A stretch of DNA of 20,000 nt, from IMG/VR virus record IMGVR_UViG_3300031269_000004; one strand, 5' to 3'. Below the pieces are notes generated by a model, which searched no databases, was not told the DNA's origin, and worked only from the letters and a program-made list of their open reading frames with translations. Numbering within the stretch: the stretch's first letter is position 1; the number at the start of each line of letters is the position of its first letter. Origin of the DNA: an uncultured virus (IMG/VR IMGVR_UViG_3300031269_000004) (lineage: Duplodnaviria > Heunggongvirae > Uroviricota > Caudoviricetes). The position numbers and the translations under genes are program-made. Positions 16,528 through 20,000 of this stretch are shown here, piece after piece.

Positions 16528-17537
16528 AAATATTGGTAACCGGAGGACTAGGCTATATTGGTTCACATGTAGTTGTTAGACTGCAAGAAGTCGGCTATGC
16601 TGTTATCATCATTGACAACTTGTCAAACTCTTCTATGTCTGTGCTTGACAGTATTAGTGACATTACTGGCATAAGGCCTCAATTTAATCAAATAGACGTT
16701 AGGGACCGTTCAGCCCTTGTTGACTTTTTTAGCAAAGAACTTGAAATTGATGGTGTTATTCACTTTGCTGCGGCTAAAGCTGTAGGTGAAAGTGTGCATG
16801 ACCCACTAAAGTATTACGACAACAATGTTGCCGGACTGGTCAACTTGCTAAGCCAAATTGAACACAGAAAAATGAGATTAATATTTAGCTCTTCTTGCAC
16901 AGTTTATGGTCAACCCCTTGAGCTGCCAATTTCAGAATCGGCACCTATACAGCCTGCCCAGTCTCCTTATGGTAACACAAAAAAGATTGGAGAAGAAATA
17001 ATACAAGACTTGTGCAATGCAAGACCGGGCTTTAGTGCCATAGCGCTTAGGTATTTTAACCCAATTGGCGCACATAGCAGCCTAAAGATTGGAGAGTTGC
17101 CAATTGGTACACCGCAAAACCTTGTACCTTTTATCACACAGACTGCAATTGGTTTACGTGATGAACTTTCAGTATTTGGCGATGACTGGTCAACAAGAGA
17201 TGGTACTGCTATTAGAGACTATATACATGTTGTTGACCTTGCTGATGCTCACGTAGTAGCAATGAACAGACTTGTCGAAGCGTCAAGCCCAAGGGATAGG
17301 TTTGAACAATTCAACATTGGTACAGGAGTAGGCAGTACTGTTATGGAAGTTATTACTGCATTTGAACTGGTTAGTGGACTTAAGCTAAAGTACAAAAAAG
17401 TAGCAAGAAGACAGGGCGATATACAGGAAGCTTGGGCCCAAACTCTTAAGTCAAAACAGGTACTTGGTTGGTCACCAAAGTTAACCCTAGCAGATGCAAT
17501 GGCGAGCGCCTGGGCTTGGGAAGTTGCACAAATTTAA
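16524..17537 (+). CDS. galE: UDP-glucose 4-epimerase
   Basis: GGLGYIGSH NAD-binding motif, HFAAAKAVGES, FSSSCTVYG, catalytic YGNTK, LRYFNPIGAH and RDYIHVVDLA. Confidence 0.97.
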   Translation: MKILVTGGLGYIGSHVVVRLQEVGYAVIIIDNLSNSSMSVLDSISDITGIRPQFNQIDVRDRSALVDFFSKELEIDGVIHFAAAKAVGESVHDPLKYYDNNVAGLVNLLSQIEHRKMRLIFSSSCTVYGQPLELPISESAPIQPAQSPYGNTKKIGEEIIQDLCNARPGFSAIALRYFNPIGAHSSLKIGELPIGTPQNLVPFITQTAIGLRDELSVFGDDWSTRDGTAIRDYIHVVDLADAHVVAMNRLVEASSPRDRFEQFNIGTGVGSTVMEVITAFELVSGLKLKYKKVARRQGDIQEAWAQTLKSKQVLGWSPKLTLADAMASAWAWEVAQI

Positions 17538-17564
17538 TTAGAAACAGTACAAATACGAAACAGT

Positions 17565-17960
17565 ATGAAATTTATAGATGAAACATTGGCTCTTTTTACA
17601 CCAACAGCAAGTCAAACTGAACAGCAAACTAAAGATCAAATATATTCTATCGTTACAGGCTTACTTCAGTTGACTGACACAGATTGTAAAATGACAGCAG
17701 ACGATCACTTTTATGTTTACAATGACAGAATGCACTACTATGTACTTATAACACCAGACCTAACTAAGGTTACAAATTCAAAGATGCACTACGTAACACA
17801 ACATGGCTATGATTGGTATAAAAAAACAAAAAAGCCAATTATTAAATGGATAGACGAAAAACAAAAGTTGTTTGAAGCAAAAATATTTGAATCCGAAATT
17901 GGTATGTTAACATCAATTGCAACCGCAATAGAACGTGACGTTAGTAGGAAAAAGAAGTAA
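17565..17960 (+). CDS. Hypothetical protein
   Basis: Co-oriented ORF with an A-rich start context. Confidence 0.7.
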   Translation: MKFIDETLALFTPTASQTEQQTKDQIYSIVTGLLQLTDTDCKMTADDHFYVYNDRMHYYVLITPDLTKVTNSKMHYVTQHGYDWYKKTKKPIIKWIDEKQKLFEAKIFESEIGMLTSIATAIERDVSRKKK

Positions 17961-18017
17961 GACGTCACGCTAGGCAATATGCATTGTTATATTATAATAT
18001 ACAAAAAACTTGACTAA

Positions 18018-18230
18018 ATGTCACAAAACAAAGAGATTAAAGCAATACTAAAAGTTTTCATCAAGACGACACTTAAGCCAACTGAAGAACAGTATAACGA
18101 TGTAGCCGAAAGCATAATACAATTGCAATCAACAGACAAGCTTTCAGAGGAATGCACTGACGGTTGGTTAGACAGCACGTATTGTCAAGAAAAGGACAGT
18201 TGCCTAAACTGTAAAGTAGAGTCAAAATGA
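18018..18230 (+). CDS. Small hypothetical protein with Cys-rich C-terminus
   Basis: C...C...CxxC at the C-terminus; ATGA overlap with the next ORF. Confidence 0.6.
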   Translation: MSQNKEIKAILKVFIKTTLKPTEEQYNDVAESIIQLQSTDKLSEECTDGWLDSTYCQEKDSCLNCKVESK

Positions 18231-18352
18231 GTAGTACTAAAAAAAGCTGCAGGGTTTCCTGTTTAGGTTGCATAGGACTTGTTGTTGTCATGTTTGGCAT
18301 CGCGTTGGCCTTTATTTGCCTTGCAATAATTGCATATGACTTGTTAAGTTAA
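18227..18352 (+). CDS. Single-pass membrane peptide (41 aa)
   Basis: Translated by hand: MSSTKKSCRVSCLGCIGLVVVMFGIALAFICLAIIAYDLLS; basic N-terminus followed by a hydrophobic helix, with ATGA coupling. Confidence 0.6.
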   Translation: MSSTKKSCRVSCLGCIGLVVVMFGIALAFICLAIIAYDLLS

Positions 18353-18362
18353 AAGGAAATTT

Positions 18363-18686
18363 ATGAAATGGACAGAACCAAAGAGCCCATCAGAAGGCGT
18401 TAGCTATTATGATCACGCAATACTAGACACTGCACTAGGTCAATTTATAATAGAGTGGAAGAGTTGGAAAGATAGACCTAGCTACGACATTATACATAAA
18501 GGTAACTGGCTAGGGTCTGCCATGTCACTGGCTGATGCACAACGTGACACCACTGGGCACATACAAGACATGACTAATAGTCATATAAAGTGTCTCATAG
18601 ACCTTGTCGAACCTGGCATAGACGGCAGCACGGTAACAGCAAAATTGTGCCTAGCATTACTAGAAAAATATAACAATGGAAAATAA
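18363..18686 (+). CDS. Hypothetical protein
   Basis: Co-oriented ORF. Confidence 0.7.
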   Translation: MKWTEPKSPSEGVSYYDHAILDTALGQFIIEWKSWKDRPSYDIIHKGNWLGSAMSLADAQRDTTGHIQDMTNSHIKCLIDLVEPGIDGSTVTAKLCLALLEKYNNGK

Positions 18687-18703
18687 AAAGAGGGTTTAAC
18701 TAA

Positions 18704-19396
18704 ATGAAAGATGCACACTGGTATGTAAGGGTTAAGGGTCATAGTAATTGGTTCCTACGGATTGACGATAGACATCTTGGACCAGATGGTCTTTCTGCAA
18801 CCATGCAAGAAAAAATACTTAGGTCACAGGTTTGCAAAGTGCACGATAGGCGTGACGTTATGGGTCCAATGCATAGATTGATACTTGCTGCTACCCGTGA
18901 AGTTAACTATGCTGCAACTGCTGCCCGTTATGGCACATTACTGGTTAGACCTAGTGGTTCATATATGCTCTTGCAGGGTAATGAGATAACAGAAGAAAGG
19001 TTAGACCTTGACTTTCCAATAGACAAGTATGGCAGTATAGTTATTTGTGAAAACGACGAAAAGCCAGAACGGTACTGGGTTCGTTACCTTAGAGAAAGAT
19101 TTCCCGAACAAGTAATTGTAACAATAAACTATTTTGATCTTAGAAGTGATTATGACATTTTTAGATACTTTGACAATGCGGACATCATAACATTTTCAAC
19201 AACATTCAGCTCTTACGATTGGTTTAGGCGGTTAACTGAACATCAAATGGGTAAGAAGTTAATTGGTCAATGCCATGTAGAGTCTGCTTGGGCCAATGCG
19301 CTAAAGATTAATCAAACTGTTGAACGTGTAGATGAATTTTCTAAAGAGACTATGGCAAGATTAGACCTCTTACCTAAGCAAACAATAGTTCAATAA
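18704..19396 (+). CDS. Hypothetical protein (230 aa)
   Basis: Long co-oriented ORF; no recognised motif. Confidence 0.75.
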   Translation: MKDAHWYVRVKGHSNWFLRIDDRHLGPDGLSATMQEKILRSQVCKVHDRRDVMGPMHRLILAATREVNYAATAARYGTLLVRPSGSYMLLQGNEITEERLDLDFPIDKYGSIVICENDEKPERYWVRYLRERFPEQVIVTINYFDLRSDYDIFRYFDNADIITFSTTFSSYDWFRRLTEHQMGKKLIGQCHVESAWANALKINQTVERVDEFSKETMARLDLLPKQTIVQ

Positions 19397-19430
19397 TGCA
19401 AACTCATATAATAAATAAAAAGTAAGAAAA

Positions 19431-19577
19431 ATGGCAACACAATATAACATAAAGGTTACTTCGCACTGGATTGCATACACTAAGGACCAAATGGCAGAGC
19501 GCTTGAGGTCTGCCTTAATGGCAATCGAAAGAGACAAGGGCAACGAGGTCACAGTTGTGGTTCATGATCGTAAATAA
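19431..19577 (+). CDS. Small hypothetical protein (48 aa)
   Basis: Translated by hand: MATQYNIKVTSHWIAYTKDQMAERLRSALMAIERDKGNEVTVVVHDRK, after an A-rich leader. Confidence 0.55.
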   Translation: MATQYNIKVTSHWIAYTKDQMAERLRSALMAIERDKGNEVTVVVHDRK

Positions 19578-19588
19578 AACATAGCATA

Positions 19589-19891
19589 ATGTCACAAATA
19601 AAAGAATTAACAGAAGAAATAGCAGTAAGCCTGTTTATTAAGCCTTGTGATGAAACAGAATTAATGAAGAGAGAATTCTTAAAGGGTTATTGGATTGGTA
19701 ATATTCAAAGGATTATCATGAGGCTTGAAAAGGATGCAATTTGGTACAAGGGTGAAACTATGCATATCTATAAAAAATGGGCAAAGAAAAACCTAACAGG
19801 TTACGATCTTTGTTTTGACACTAAAAAAGACCGGGCCAGTTACGGAATAACTGACTTTGCTAAGCAGGTGCAGCGTTCACGTAATAGTTAA
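19589..19891 (+). CDS. Hypothetical protein
   Basis: Co-oriented ORF. Confidence 0.65.
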   Translation: MSQIKELTEEIAVSLFIKPCDETELMKREFLKGYWIGNIQRIIMRLEKDAIWYKGETMHIYKKWAKKNLTGYDLCFDTKKDRASYGITDFAKQVQRSRNS

Positions 19892-19900
19892 AAGACAAAC

Positions 19901-20000
19901 ATGGAAACAACGTTAGAAAAAATAAGGGCATTACAAACAATGCTTGCTGAAGATGGCTATGGTGCAGAAAACATAGTTATGCAAAAGGCAAAAGACATAG
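19901..20000 (+). CDS. Hypothetical protein, 3'-truncated by window edge
   Basis: METTLEKIRALQTMLAEDGYGAENIVMQKAKDI..., open to the end of the window. Confidence 0.55.
   Translation, partial: METTLEKIRALQTMLAEDGYGAENIVMQKAKDI

Noticed and set aside
17934..17969. Inverted repeat cgtgacgt...acgtcacg spanning a stop codon
   Set aside because: Long loop, no U-tract and a single occurrence; could be chance.
719..19552. All minus-strand ORFs and nested alternative-frame ORFs in the track (e.g. 719-1213, 2048-2608, 6332-6697, 9086-9508, 352-534, 4557-4841, 8026-8274)
   Set aside because: They overlap well-supported + strand genes. The recurring NDSVICVLNDFI is just the antisense translation of the leader repeat.
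1..20000. Alternative genetic code (stop-codon reassignment) as an explanation for the many short ORFs
   Set aside because: Long conserved genes translate intact with the standard code, and the short ORFs have their own start contexts and end in TAA, TGA and TAG alike.

Overview
AT-rich, gene-dense window with every credible gene on the + strand. It looks like part of a large (jumbo or T4-like) phage genome, probably from a Bacteroidota/Flavobacteriaceae host, judging from a Flavobacterium-like GalE and A-rich translation starts without Shine-Dalgarno motifs. Recognisable genes: a 5'-truncated Mre11/SbcD-Rad50/SbcC fusion, a ParB/Srx-domain protein, a PD-(D/E)XK exonuclease, a dNMP kinase, an NAD-dependent DNA ligase split into two genes, a DUF2786 protein and galE. 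The main feature is a tandem array at 4193-8010, plus two outlying paralogs at 11269 and 11889, of unrelated small proteins that share a 10-aa N-terminal leader, MKSLSTHITE(SF). The leader is conserved at DNA level and matches the length and pattern of the T4 internal-protein capsid-targeting sequence (MKTYQEFIAE). This suggests a shuffled cassette array of head-packaged, injected effector proteins. Two junctions in the array show fusion or fission events: an ATG->ATA read-through at 4949 and a 16-bp duplication at 7470. A three-copy palindromic promoter/operator element sits upstream of both ligase halves and of a third operon.
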